Source: a virus (lineage: Duplodnaviria > Caudoviricetes). From it: a DNA stretch of 64,000 nt. The stretch is from positions 64,001-128,000 of IMG/VR virus record IMGVR_UViG_3300045596_000094. The stretch is one strand, 5' to 3'. The notes below the pieces were generated by a model. It made no database searches, was not told where the DNA came from, and worked only from the letters and a program-made list of their open reading frames with translations. This document shows positions 18,890 to 27,865 of the stretch, in pieces (position 1 is the first letter of the stretch; each line of letters starts with the position of its first letter). The position numbers were made by a program, and so were the translations under genes.

Positions 18890-20944
18890 TTAAGATGTGC
18901 TTTCAGTATAAAGAACATCTGCTTTCAATACTTTGTTGTCCAATTTACGAGTGAACGTAAATGTTTGTCTATGTGTTTTATTTGTGTTAACCGCAGGTTC
19001 CTGAACCCGCATGCGGCAAACAATATACGCGCCTTCGACCCGATGTGGGAAAGAAATCGGGAAACCATCTGGGGTTGTTACTAACTCATTCTTTATGGTC
19101 TGAGTGCCCAATATTTCAACATTTGTTACTTTAAACATATCGGGGGTATTCGGGTTTGCTGTCAACGCTTGACTAAAGAAGAAAGACTTCGGTAAATAAA
19201 TATCCACAGACATTTCACGCTGAGTGCCCGAATTAGCAGTTGACTTAAACTGATAACTATATTCAACATCAGACAGCCTTTCCACCACATTTGCCTCTGG
19301 CCGTAATACATTAGCACTAGGGTTAATTTTAGATGGACGCACGAACGTGAGTTTGGTTTCACTTAAAGAAAGATCTACTTCGTGACTCACATTAAAATAA
19401 ACAGCATCGCTATCTGGGAGTGCAGGGGTGCTAATGATGTAACCCTTACTCACACTCTTTTCAGGCTTCGACCAACCACTACTGATCATTAGCCAATAAT
19501 ACCCTTTATCTAAATAAACCCCACCCGGCTGACCGATAGATGGTTTTAGCTGGGCTTTCGTCATACCTACGCTTTCCTGAGGTCTGTTTCGATCAGGGGT
19601 GTATGATAATACTACAGTGGTATCGCTAACACTATCGAACCAACGTTTTGAGATACCCATACCTTCAGGGATGTATGCGGGTTGGAGATTACCAACAAAG
19701 ACAGGCTCATCACCCACCCAACTACGCGGATCAACTTCCGTGACTTTGTAATTTAGATCACCCATAGCTCGTGCTGCTAAACTATAACCCGTCAGTGGGT
19801 AAATGCCGTTTTGTTTAAAATCATTTACCATCTTATCCGGAAATTTACCCCAGATAGCCCGTTCATTCAAACTCGTACCTGCGATACTTTCGTTGATCAC
19901 TAAGTATGTTGTTTCACCAACAACAAGATCCCTATATTTGATAACAACGATTCTCTCATTTGGACCTTCGGTGAAATAGTCCATCGGGAAAGTATACAGT
20001 TGTAAATCTGGATCGTAGAAACTTCCAACTATAGCATCCAATTCCTGTAAACTATATTGTTTCGAACCGCCATGACCTTTTGTTGTGGTCTTGGTCATTT
20101 CAATAATAGGCTTACTGTAGTCAGCGGATGAGCGTAACGGCTCCACCCATTCGGGACGTAAAGCTAAACGTAACCCTACCCCTCGGACATCCGGTGAATC
20201 TAAATCATTATCCTCGATCTTGAGTTGGTATTTTAAACCAACGGAAGAAAAAGTAACTAGATTAGAATCGATTGGGGGTACTGAACCGCTAAAAGTTCGT
20301 CGATAAAGAAAACAGCTATATTTACTCTGTGGTATTGCTTCAGCATCCGGGAGGCTGTCAGGATTATGAAGTTGGTACATGATAAATCGCAAACGACTAT
20401 TCGCCGCAAAAGATATCTGATCAAGATATAAATCTTGAAGATAACTAGCGGCGAGGCGCGGATTTTTAAAATCTTTACTACTCTGTAACACGTAGAGATC
20501 CTTACCCAACATGTAACCGACAACGACCTCACCCACACCCGATAATGCACCCGCTTTCAAATCGAACACACAACGCGGACTATATGCCCCATCCGGTAAT
20601 GGAATGGTTGTGAAGTTACCGTTTGGGATTGGGTAACGGAGATACGACTTCCCATCGGTTTCAGTGTACGCGATTACAGGATAATTTTCTCTATCAAAAC
20701 ATATTCCGAATTCATTTATTTTTGCATTCGTATAAATGACTATCGAGGTAATTGAACCTTTCGGTGTGCCAACAATTTGCCCATTGCGCATAAGGAATGT
20801 CCAAAGCGTTGATCTCGGCTCGGTTATTGCTGTACCGATAGCCTTACCTGCTAATGCATAATCTTGACGAAGTGCACCTTTACGAAGTGGTACTTCTATC
20901 GTATCTGACACTGGCGGCCAGTCAAAACCGTATTTGGGTAACAT
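18890..20944 (-). CDS. Tail-tip/fibre-associated protein (684 aa)
   Basis: N-terminal ~190 aa (DY.L.G.A, I.E....FD....PV.AY, SPR...D.K, V..GY.....LY..Q) recalls a tail protein family of siphophages and prophages of gammaproteobacteria (recognition from memory). Confidence 0.55.
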   Translation of the reverse strand: MLPKYGFDWPPVSDTIEVPLRKGALRQDYALAGKAIGTAITEPRSTLWTFLMRNGQIVGTPKGSITSIVIYTNAKINEFGICFDRENYPVIAYTETDGKSYLRYPIPNGNFTTIPLPDGAYSPRCVFDLKAGALSGVGEVVVGYMLGKDLYVLQSSKDFKNPRLAASYLQDLYLDQISFAANSRLRFIMYQLHNPDSLPDAEAIPQSKYSCFLYRRTFSGSVPPIDSNLVTFSSVGLKYQLKIEDNDLDSPDVRGVGLRLALRPEWVEPLRSSADYSKPIIEMTKTTTKGHGGSKQYSLQELDAIVGSFYDPDLQLYTFPMDYFTEGPNERIVVIKYRDLVVGETTYLVINESIAGTSLNERAIWGKFPDKMVNDFKQNGIYPLTGYSLAARAMGDLNYKVTEVDPRSWVGDEPVFVGNLQPAYIPEGMGISKRWFDSVSDTTVVLSYTPDRNRPQESVGMTKAQLKPSIGQPGGVYLDKGYYWLMISSGWSKPEKSVSKGYIISTPALPDSDAVYFNVSHEVDLSLSETKLTFVRPSKINPSANVLRPEANVVERLSDVEYSYQFKSTANSGTQREMSVDIYLPKSFFFSQALTANPNTPDMFKVTNVEILGTQTIKNELVTTPDGFPISFPHRVEGAYIVCRMRVQEPAVNTNKTHRQTFTFTRKLDNKVLKADVLYTESTS

Positions 20945-20973
20945 GGGTTATCCTCTAGTTCTATTTCATAGTT

Positions 20974-21003
20974 TATTGGTAGGGGTCGAAACCCCTACCA
21001 ATA
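20974..21003 (-). terminator. 13-bp stem hairpin with UUCG loop
   Basis: TATTGGTAGGGGT-CGAA-ACCCCTACCAATA on plus, right after the stop of the DUF285 gene. Confidence 0.7.
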
Positions 21004-21015
21004 GATTGTGATTAA

Positions 21016-24000
21016 TTAACCCATTCCACTTGGGCATGTGCCCCAAACAGGGTACTGCGCTGTAGTCATACCACTCCCCGTAGAGAAGTTTGTGGTGATG
21101 CCGGCAACAGGCACACACCACTGACTAAGGTCCTGATTGAATGCTTCGGCGTTCAGTAACGTAGAGTTAAAGTCAGTGCATGTTTGTGGCTTCCACTTAG
21201 CGATCGGTTGATTGAAAAGTTTAGCGCCATTGAACATATTTGACATCGTTATTACTTTACGAACATCCCAATTGCTAATGTCTCTATTGAAGGCAATAGC
21301 CTGATAGAACATCGCAGTTGTCCTCGTTACCTTAGAGGTATCCCAACCGGTAATATCGCCATTAAAGGCATATGCCGCATTGAACACACTCTGCATGCGT
21401 GTACACTTCGATGTATTCCAAGGAAGATCCTGATTGAAAACACTAGCGTTACTGAACATCTGAGAAATGTCAGTGATGTTAGACATATCCCAATCGCCAA
21501 GCGGCTGATTGAATGCTTTCGCACCGTAGAACATCATCGCTGTCGTAGTGACTAATGGGAAACGCCAATGATTGAGAGGCTGGTTAAATACCGTAGCGCC
21601 ATTGAACATTCCACTCAAGTACAATGCTTTACTCACATCCCAATTTGTCAGTGGGTGATTGTAAAGAACCGCACCACTGAATGTGTCGCGGAAATCATTC
21701 ACATTGCTGGTATCCCACATACCTACGGGGTAGGTAAAAGCTGTTGCGTTCTTGAATGTGGCATTCAGTGATTTGTTCAGCGGAAACTTCCATTTATCCA
21801 ATGGTTGGTTAAATGCTGATGCTCCACTAAAAATACTACCTAAGGTAATGGCTTGACTAACGTCCCAGTTGTTCAATGGTTGATTAAACGAAATGGCGTT
21901 TTCAAACACACCACCGAAGTCTTTGACCCCACTCACGTTCCAGTGTTCAACAGGATGGTTAAAGTTTTTCGCAAGAGAGAACATTCTCGAAATGTTCGTC
22001 GCCTTACTAAGATTCCAACTTGGCAGTGGGTGTGAGAAAGCAGTTGAACTAAACACGGAAGCGAAGTTAACCACATTGGACACATCCCACATATCCAGAT
22101 CTTGGTCGAAGTTCGTACAGCCGCTGAAGATCGCTGAAATATTTGTACATTTTGACATATTCCATTTATCAAGTGGTTGATTGAATTTCGATGCACCGTC
22201 AAACATACTCACCATACGTGTGGCGTTAGCTACGTTCCAGTCATTTAATGGTTGGTTGAACTCACGAGCATTTTGGAACATGGTTGAGAACTCATATCCC
22301 GATGAAACGTCCCAATTACCAATTGGTTGGTTGAATGCACCCGCCGTGGAGAACATGCTGAAGAATGAGGTAACCTTAGATACATCCCATTCCAAAATAC
22401 CTGGATCATTAAAGGCTGAGTTAATGAAGAACATGTAATTCATGGACGTGATGTGTGATGTATCCCAACCAGCCACTGACCCAGAGAAGTTTGATCTGGA
22501 GAAACAGTACTCCATATCAGTTACTTTTGAGGTATTCCACTTAGAAAGATTTGGCATCTTAGATATGTCTGTGAAATAGGCGTAAGTGAACGCGTTGCGA
22601 AGACTGGTAATGTTTTTCGTTTCCCAGTTTTCGATCACCTTGATATCATTGAAATAAATGCCTTGGAACATACCATTCATACTGGTAGCTTTCTTAGCGT
22701 ACCGATCCGAAGTAATTGAAAACCCTTTGATTTTCACGCCAGTAGAGATACCTAGTCGTAAAAACTCTAGATTGTCCGGGATAGATATTAGGTTACCCTC
22801 AGCAATTGTGCAGTCACCAAAACTGGTGGTGTACGGTGCACTACCTAGGATTGCTTTAATATTATCCCCGCATCGAATAATCAGCTTTTTAGTAGCGGTT
22901 TGCGGTGGAACCCTAAGTCGATAATACGTTCCTTGCAATGTTAGGTTGGTGTCGTTTAAAATATTAACACCATCTAACGTAGCTGAAAGAATATCTGGGG
23001 TGCTCGACGCCCTTAAATCGAAATAGAACATTGCGTCTGTAAATATACCGTCAATCTCTAATTTGTCCGTCCACACCCAAGGGTTATTATACGGTGTCAT
23101 CTTAGAGTAATCAAACATATTACGTGGTTCTATCGGTAGTATTGGAATGACCGTATCACGCCATGCGTTTAGATCCTGACTAAATGCAGCAGCTGATTGG
23201 AACATTGCCTCCATTGGGTTATAATACGCTGGATCAGATTCCGCTGAAGGTGGGAGTAGGTTTCCGAATTTCCACATACCCAGTGGTTGATTGAATTTCT
23301 GAGTATATGCGAACATGGACTGACAGCTACGGACAGTTCGCATATCCCACAGATCCATTGGTTGGTTATACTCGTACGCCCCATTAAACATGTTGTGGCA
23401 ATTCTGCAATTGCGTGGTTATAAAGTGGTTCACAGATTGATTAAATACCGCTGCATGCATGAACATCCAGTTAAAGTATTGTGCCGATGTTGTCACCCAC
23501 CCGGTCAACGGTTGGTTGAATGAAGTGGCGGATTGGAACGTACTAGAGAATTGCGTAACCTTGGAAACATCCCAGTCTTTGATTACGGAGTTAAATGCCC
23601 ACGCATTTTCAAACATTGAACTCATGTCTTTAGCTGACCCTGTCAACCACCCATTCATGCCAGTGTCGAATACTGTCGATGGATAACCACAATTGAACAC
23701 CTCCGCATGTGAGAACATGCTACCGTAAGTGGTGCAGAGAGGGCTTCGCCATAAACTAATATTGCGGTTGAATGCTTTCGCATTCTGGAACATCCCATAC
23801 ATCGTTTTAGCAGATTCTGGTCGCCAATCAGACACATTACCGTTAAAGATAGTCGCTGAAAGGAAAGTCTGTTCGAAGGTGGTAACCTTCGATACATCCC
23901 AAGTAGTTAAGTCCTGGTTGAACGATACAGCACTTGCAAAAGTTAACTGCATGTTTAATAACTTATTACTAATCGGCCAAACACCAATTGGTTGGTTAAA

Positions 24001-26052
24001 GTTAGAGGCCTGATAGAATGTAGACGCCAAGCTGGTAATCGTAGCAGCATTCCATGTTAGAATATTGCCATTAAACGCGGTTGCTGATTGGAACATAGAA
24101 CGTAGTGAGCGCATGTCCCCTGTTTGCCACGTATCGAGATCCTGGTTGAACGCTCTTGCTGCATAGAACATCTCTTCAAAACCGGTACAGTTTCTAAGAT
24201 CCCACCCAGTTAAGCGCCCGTTAAATACGGTAGCGCTCTTGAACATCTGCGTTGCGTCCTGAAGAGCTACAGGTTTCCAGTTATCTAGGTTCTTGTTGAA
24301 TGAAATAGCACTACAGAACATTTTCGCCATCGATGTGACTTTACTCACATTCCATGTTGTTACATCACCATTAAACTTATCAGTGATATAGAACATTGAA
24401 GCCATTACCGTAGCTGATGATGTATTCCATGTACTGAGGTTCTGGTTAAAGGCTTTGCAGCTAGAAAACATCCCGTAGAAATTCGTTACCTTCGATACAT
24501 CCCATTTGTCAAGCGGTTGATCAAAAACAGTTGCGCCTAAGAAAGTCGCCGGCATCAATGTGACTTTCGAGGTATTCCATGTATTCAACGGCTGGTTAAA
24601 TGCTTTCGCATTCTGGAACATATACGAAATGTCTTCCGCATTCGTCATATTCCAATTACCAATTGGTTGGTTGAATACCGTAGCGTTCCGGAAAGTGGAG
24701 GTAAAGTTTGTACCCTTAGATACATCCCACCCGATCACATTCGGATCGTTAAAAATAGGACAACCGTAGAACATACTACTATAGTCCGTTACGTTCGGTG
24801 GGGCATTGGCAGGTACTTTCTCAAATACTGGTGAATAACATACGAATGAGGTGAGTTTTATCGTTCCCCAATCGGCAACCTCATACAGACCTTGATTGAG
24901 ATATTTATTAGTGATCGAATCCATGAAGATGCGTATATTTCCGGTTCCAAACACCGTGAATTTCGTTAATTTATCTATACCTTCAGTACCCTGAGCTTGC
25001 ACTGGCAAACTATATACCGACCCATCCACGGTCAACGGTAGATCGCCTTCAGCTTTTACCATAACAGGGTCTTCTGATTTCACCGTAAATGAAACACCAC
25101 CCTTAGCGTAAAATATTAAAGGTTTAGGGTCATCAACGAAAACAAAAGGATCTCGATCAAACGGAACATTAATTCCAACTTCAACAGTTTGCCCCGCTTT
25201 TATCGACATAGGTTCGTTTAGAACCAAACGACTATACACGTTATGGTTTTTCACAAGCACCATGTAACCGTATAGGGTTTGATTAGTAGTTGGGATGAAA
25301 GTTGTAGCTAATTTAACTAACCTTGTGGATTTAGTCTGGGTAAAACTAAATCCAGGGATAGTATTGATTACCAACGGAAACTTACCATCAACCATTCCCG
25401 CGTTTGAAACGATTGGACATACCTGAACGCTATCCCCAATCCCTTTGAAAGGCATGGTCGGCAACTGAGCCGAATTGACGGCATGTTCAATTGTGAATGT
25501 TGTAGGTGTGAGTGTATTTTCAGTTACATTGATCGCATTACGGTAGATCGGTGTGAGTTGATTACGATAACTTTGATAGAACCTAACCGTTATTCGTGCG
25601 CGAGTACCGTATGGAATCGCGTATGTGATAGGTACCCCTAACTCGTTTGTAAGAAATGCGCGTGAAACACCTTCGAGTCCAATCTCACGGATTTGGTCAC
25701 GGTTGCTAGTTATTTCACTACCATTTACGGTCACTGAGAACTCATGTTCAACCACGAAGAAATCGCCATTAAGGTAATGTCGACTAATATACCCTAATTC
25801 ATTTAAGGTCATGGTACTGAGTTGCTTTTCGTAAGTTTTGTTAATTACCCCGGTTGCCCCAGGGCTTAGCGCAGTACCGCTAGCACCCAACTGAAGGTAA
25901 TCAATAAATGACTCAGTGTTATATTTGATTAAACCGACATTTAAAAGTAAATTCTCATGCCATAACCCATCATTAGTTTCATTCCCATTCTCATCAATGA
26001 ATGTAAAATTATACTTCGTGTGGATTGAGTGCAAAGATCTGTTAGGTAACAT
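21016..26052 (-). CDS. Tail-anchored BspA-like/DUF285 repeat protein (1678 aa), putative receptor-binding fibre
   Basis: 25-aa repeats FNQPLxxWDVSKVTxMxxMFxxAxx in two blocks, ending in the typical FNQDLSQWCV...PVWGTCP cap. N-terminal domain paralogous to the two upstream genes. Confidence 0.85.
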   Translation of the reverse strand: MLPNRSLHSIHTKYNFTFIDENGNETNDGLWHENLLLNVGLIKYNTESFIDYLQLGASGTALSPGATGVINKTYEKQLSTMTLNELGYISRHYLNGDFFVVEHEFSVTVNGSEITSNRDQIREIGLEGVSRAFLTNELGVPITYAIPYGTRARITVRFYQSYRNQLTPIYRNAINVTENTLTPTTFTIEHAVNSAQLPTMPFKGIGDSVQVCPIVSNAGMVDGKFPLVINTIPGFSFTQTKSTRLVKLATTFIPTTNQTLYGYMVLVKNHNVYSRLVLNEPMSIKAGQTVEVGINVPFDRDPFVFVDDPKPLIFYAKGGVSFTVKSEDPVMVKAEGDLPLTVDGSVYSLPVQAQGTEGIDKLTKFTVFGTGNIRIFMDSITNKYLNQGLYEVADWGTIKLTSFVCYSPVFEKVPANAPPNVTDYSSMFYGCPIFNDPNVIGWDVSKGTNFTSTFRNATVFNQPIGNWNMTNAEDISYMFQNAKAFNQPLNTWNTSKVTLMPATFLGATVFDQPLDKWDVSKVTNFYGMFSSCKAFNQNLSTWNTSSATVMASMFYITDKFNGDVTTWNVSKVTSMAKMFCSAISFNKNLDNWKPVALQDATQMFKSATVFNGRLTGWDLRNCTGFEEMFYAARAFNQDLDTWQTGDMRSLRSMFQSATAFNGNILTWNAATITSLASTFYQASNFNQPIGVWPISNKLLNMQLTFASAVSFNQDLTTWDVSKVTTFEQTFLSATIFNGNVSDWRPESAKTMYGMFQNAKAFNRNISLWRSPLCTTYGSMFSHAEVFNCGYPSTVFDTGMNGWLTGSAKDMSSMFENAWAFNSVIKDWDVSKVTQFSSTFQSATSFNQPLTGWVTTSAQYFNWMFMHAAVFNQSVNHFITTQLQNCHNMFNGAYEYNQPMDLWDMRTVRSCQSMFAYTQKFNQPLGMWKFGNLLPPSAESDPAYYNPMEAMFQSAAAFSQDLNAWRDTVIPILPIEPRNMFDYSKMTPYNNPWVWTDKLEIDGIFTDAMFYFDLRASSTPDILSATLDGVNILNDTNLTLQGTYYRLRVPPQTATKKLIIRCGDNIKAILGSAPYTTSFGDCTIAEGNLISIPDNLEFLRLGISTGVKIKGFSITSDRYAKKATSMNGMFQGIYFNDIKVIENWETKNITSLRNAFTYAYFTDISKMPNLSKWNTSKVTDMEYCFSRSNFSGSVAGWDTSHITSMNYMFFINSAFNDPGILEWDVSKVTSFFSMFSTAGAFNQPIGNWDVSSGYEFSTMFQNAREFNQPLNDWNVANATRMVSMFDGASKFNQPLDKWNMSKCTNISAIFSGCTNFDQDLDMWDVSNVVNFASVFSSTAFSHPLPSWNLSKATNISRMFSLAKNFNHPVEHWNVSGVKDFGGVFENAISFNQPLNNWDVSQAITLGSIFSGASAFNQPLDKWKFPLNKSLNATFKNATAFTYPVGMWDTSNVNDFRDTFSGAVLYNHPLTNWDVSKALYLSGMFNGATVFNQPLNHWRFPLVTTTAMMFYGAKAFNQPLGDWDMSNITDISQMFSNASVFNQDLPWNTSKCTRMQSVFNAAYAFNGDITGWDTSKVTRTTAMFYQAIAFNRDISNWDVRKVITMSNMFNGAKLFNQPIAKWKPQTCTDFNSTLLNAEAFNQDLSQWCVPVAGITTNFSTGSGMTTAQYPVWGTCPSGMG
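21112..24795 (-). repeat. Coding repeats: two arrays of 21 DUF285-type 25-aa units (approx. 23160-24795 and 21112-22695)
   Basis: Counted conserved W positions in the translation: 21 in each block. Confidence 0.85.
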
Positions 26053-26060
26053 CTAATACC

Positions 26061-26909
26061 TCACCATTGTGCATTAATAAAAAGTTCGATTTTCTGGATA
26101 GCAGGTACGGACATAACTTTATTGAATTTACCCTCAATAATCGGAATTCCGCATTTGTACGTATAGCGTATTGAATTTAAACCAACCTCGTCTTCGTTTG
26201 TGATCTTGTAATGATACTCGATCTTACGATTTGATGAGTTAACAGCTACAGATAACTCATTCAAAGTAACAACCCCAGTAGCGGTGACCAACTCAATTGA
26301 CGGCACCCCTAATAGTTTCCACCAATTAGCTAACGCAATATCCGTAGGTGCTTTGTGGTTGTACGTTACGGTAAACGTATCCTGCACAACACCTTGCTCA
26401 TCTACAATCGAAAGGGTATGTGATGGTGTTTTTGTCAGTAAAACGAAGCGTGCCGAAACCAGCACAGTATCTGAAGGTGTTACTGTAATGGTGGTGATAT
26501 CACCATATGCCGAGTATAGTAGTGCGCGATTGAATCCTGGTATGCCGATTTCCTTAAGGATAACGGTTAACGAGGATGTGTTCAAAAACTCATACGTGTA
26601 AAACCAAACTACGAGACTGCCGTCAGAAATAGTCGTAAATTGAGTGTCGGCAGGGTTATGAATGGTATCAATCAAGACCATGTCTGGAGATGGGCTGATC
26701 GGCCCGTCCTGATTGGCTACCACCGCCCGACCATCAGTCCCAAGAAGTGGGGTAGGTGCCTCGCTAAACCCAGACATAAATATTTGGGCTGTATCGTCCA
26801 TGATGAGGTTATGACCCCAACCTGTTTGTTCTTTTATCTCCTTGGTCTCGCTATCGATAACTTTAACGCTGTATTCCATACCGAGATTAAAACTACTATT
26901 TGCTAACAT
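26061..26909 (-). CDS. Tail protein, paralog family GW.xNL...LG...EIG
   Basis: Y.vk.iD.eT.E....GWxxNlI, LGT, KEIG, RA.L....G motifs shared with neighbours. Confidence 0.65.
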   Translation of the reverse strand: MLANSSFNLGMEYSVKVIDSETKEIKEQTGWGHNLIMDDTAQIFMSGFSEAPTPLLGTDGRAVVANQDGPISPSPDMVLIDTIHNPADTQFTTISDGSLVVWFYTYEFLNTSSLTVILKEIGIPGFNRALLYSAYGDITTITVTPSDTVLVSARFVLLTKTPSHTLSIVDEQGVVQDTFTVTYNHKAPTDIALANWWKLLGVPSIELVTATGVVTLNELSVAVNSSNRKIEYHYKITNEDEVGLNSIRYTYKCGIPIIEGKFNKVMSVPAIQKIELFINAQW

Positions 26910-26910
26910 G

Positions 26911-27855
26911 TTAGGCCCCTGACGTAGTATACATTGACGTCACATCAACGTCGGTTAATGACCGTTTTAGGAAAGTGACTGGTGTTGAAAAAAGAACAGA
27001 TGTGTATACACCTGGGACACCTGTGGGAATGCCGAAACGAATATACTGCCTATCAATGTTGGGATCGTAAATATAACCTCTACGATTATGGTTACCCAAC
27101 GGCAAACCGGTCGTGGTTGTTATAACCTCTTTCCAGCGACTGGCGGTTGGTGTGATGCTACCTAGAACATTGTTATCATTAGGATCACCTTGGACAGTAG
27201 GGTTGGCTGTCAACCCATTACCCTGACCTATCCCTAATAGAAAATGCCACTGATATCCGCTAGCTAATAATACTGCGGTATTGACCGCGATATTTACTTT
27301 ACAGGGTATGTTGCGTAAGAGCGTACCCTTATTATCGTAAACCGGTAATTGCGTTATTGGGGATGGTAACAATAACATGGTTAGTTTGAAATCAATTTCG
27401 ATCAAAACGTTGGGGGATATCGGGTAAATAAAAGCAGCACCAACTTCATTCTTGATCTGAGCAATGGAAAAATTAGCAATACCTACTTGGTTTGCTTTCA
27501 GCCCCTTTACTGTTGTGTTCGGGGTAAATTTATACTTACCCCCACCCACTACCCGCCAACCTTTCTTGACATCGTTATCATCCACCCACGAATATTCCAT
27601 TGGGTTTATTTCTTTACTTACATGAGTTAACCCAACTACGTTTTCAAAACTACTATAGTTGTTAGTGTCTGTTCGCCCCAATTGGAATGGGGGGTTTGCG
27701 ACTAAACCTGTTTCAAAAATCAATTTCGCAGTTGCCTCACTGCGGATGATCTGGTTTTTAGACCATCCGCTTTCAGAAATAAGTTCTCCGGTTTCTCTAT
27801 CAAAAGACTTGAGCTTATACTGCCCCTGTATAGACACCTGTTGTTCAAAATTCAT
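26911..27855 (-). CDS. Tail protein, paralog family GW.xNL...LG...EIG
   Basis: GQYKLKSFDRETGELISESGWSKNQI, QLG, QVG, SIAQIKNEVG. Confidence 0.65.
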   Translation of the reverse strand: MNFEQQVSIQGQYKLKSFDRETGELISESGWSKNQIIRSEATAKLIFETGLVANPPFQLGRTDTNNYSSFENVVGLTHVSKEINPMEYSWVDDNDVKKGWRVVGGGKYKFTPNTTVKGLKANQVGIANFSIAQIKNEVGAAFIYPISPNVLIEIDFKLTMLLLPSPITQLPVYDNKGTLLRNIPCKVNIAVNTAVLLASGYQWHFLLGIGQGNGLTANPTVQGDPNDNNVLGSITPTASRWKEVITTTTGLPLGNHNRRGYIYDPNIDRQYIRFGIPTGVPGVYTSVLFSTPVTFLKRSLTDVDVTSMYTTSGA

Positions 27856-27865
27856 TGTAAATGCC

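Noticed and set aside
21327-24769. Repetitive antisense ORFs (…SQ..IGWLN…) over the DUF285 gene
   Set aside because: Mirror of the sense-strand repeats.
21016-26052. Possible CRISPR array or diversity-generating retroelement in the repetitive region
   Set aside because: Periodicity is 75-bp protein-coding with degenerate DNA; no identical repeats with spacers, no reverse transcriptase, and no TR/VR pair seen.
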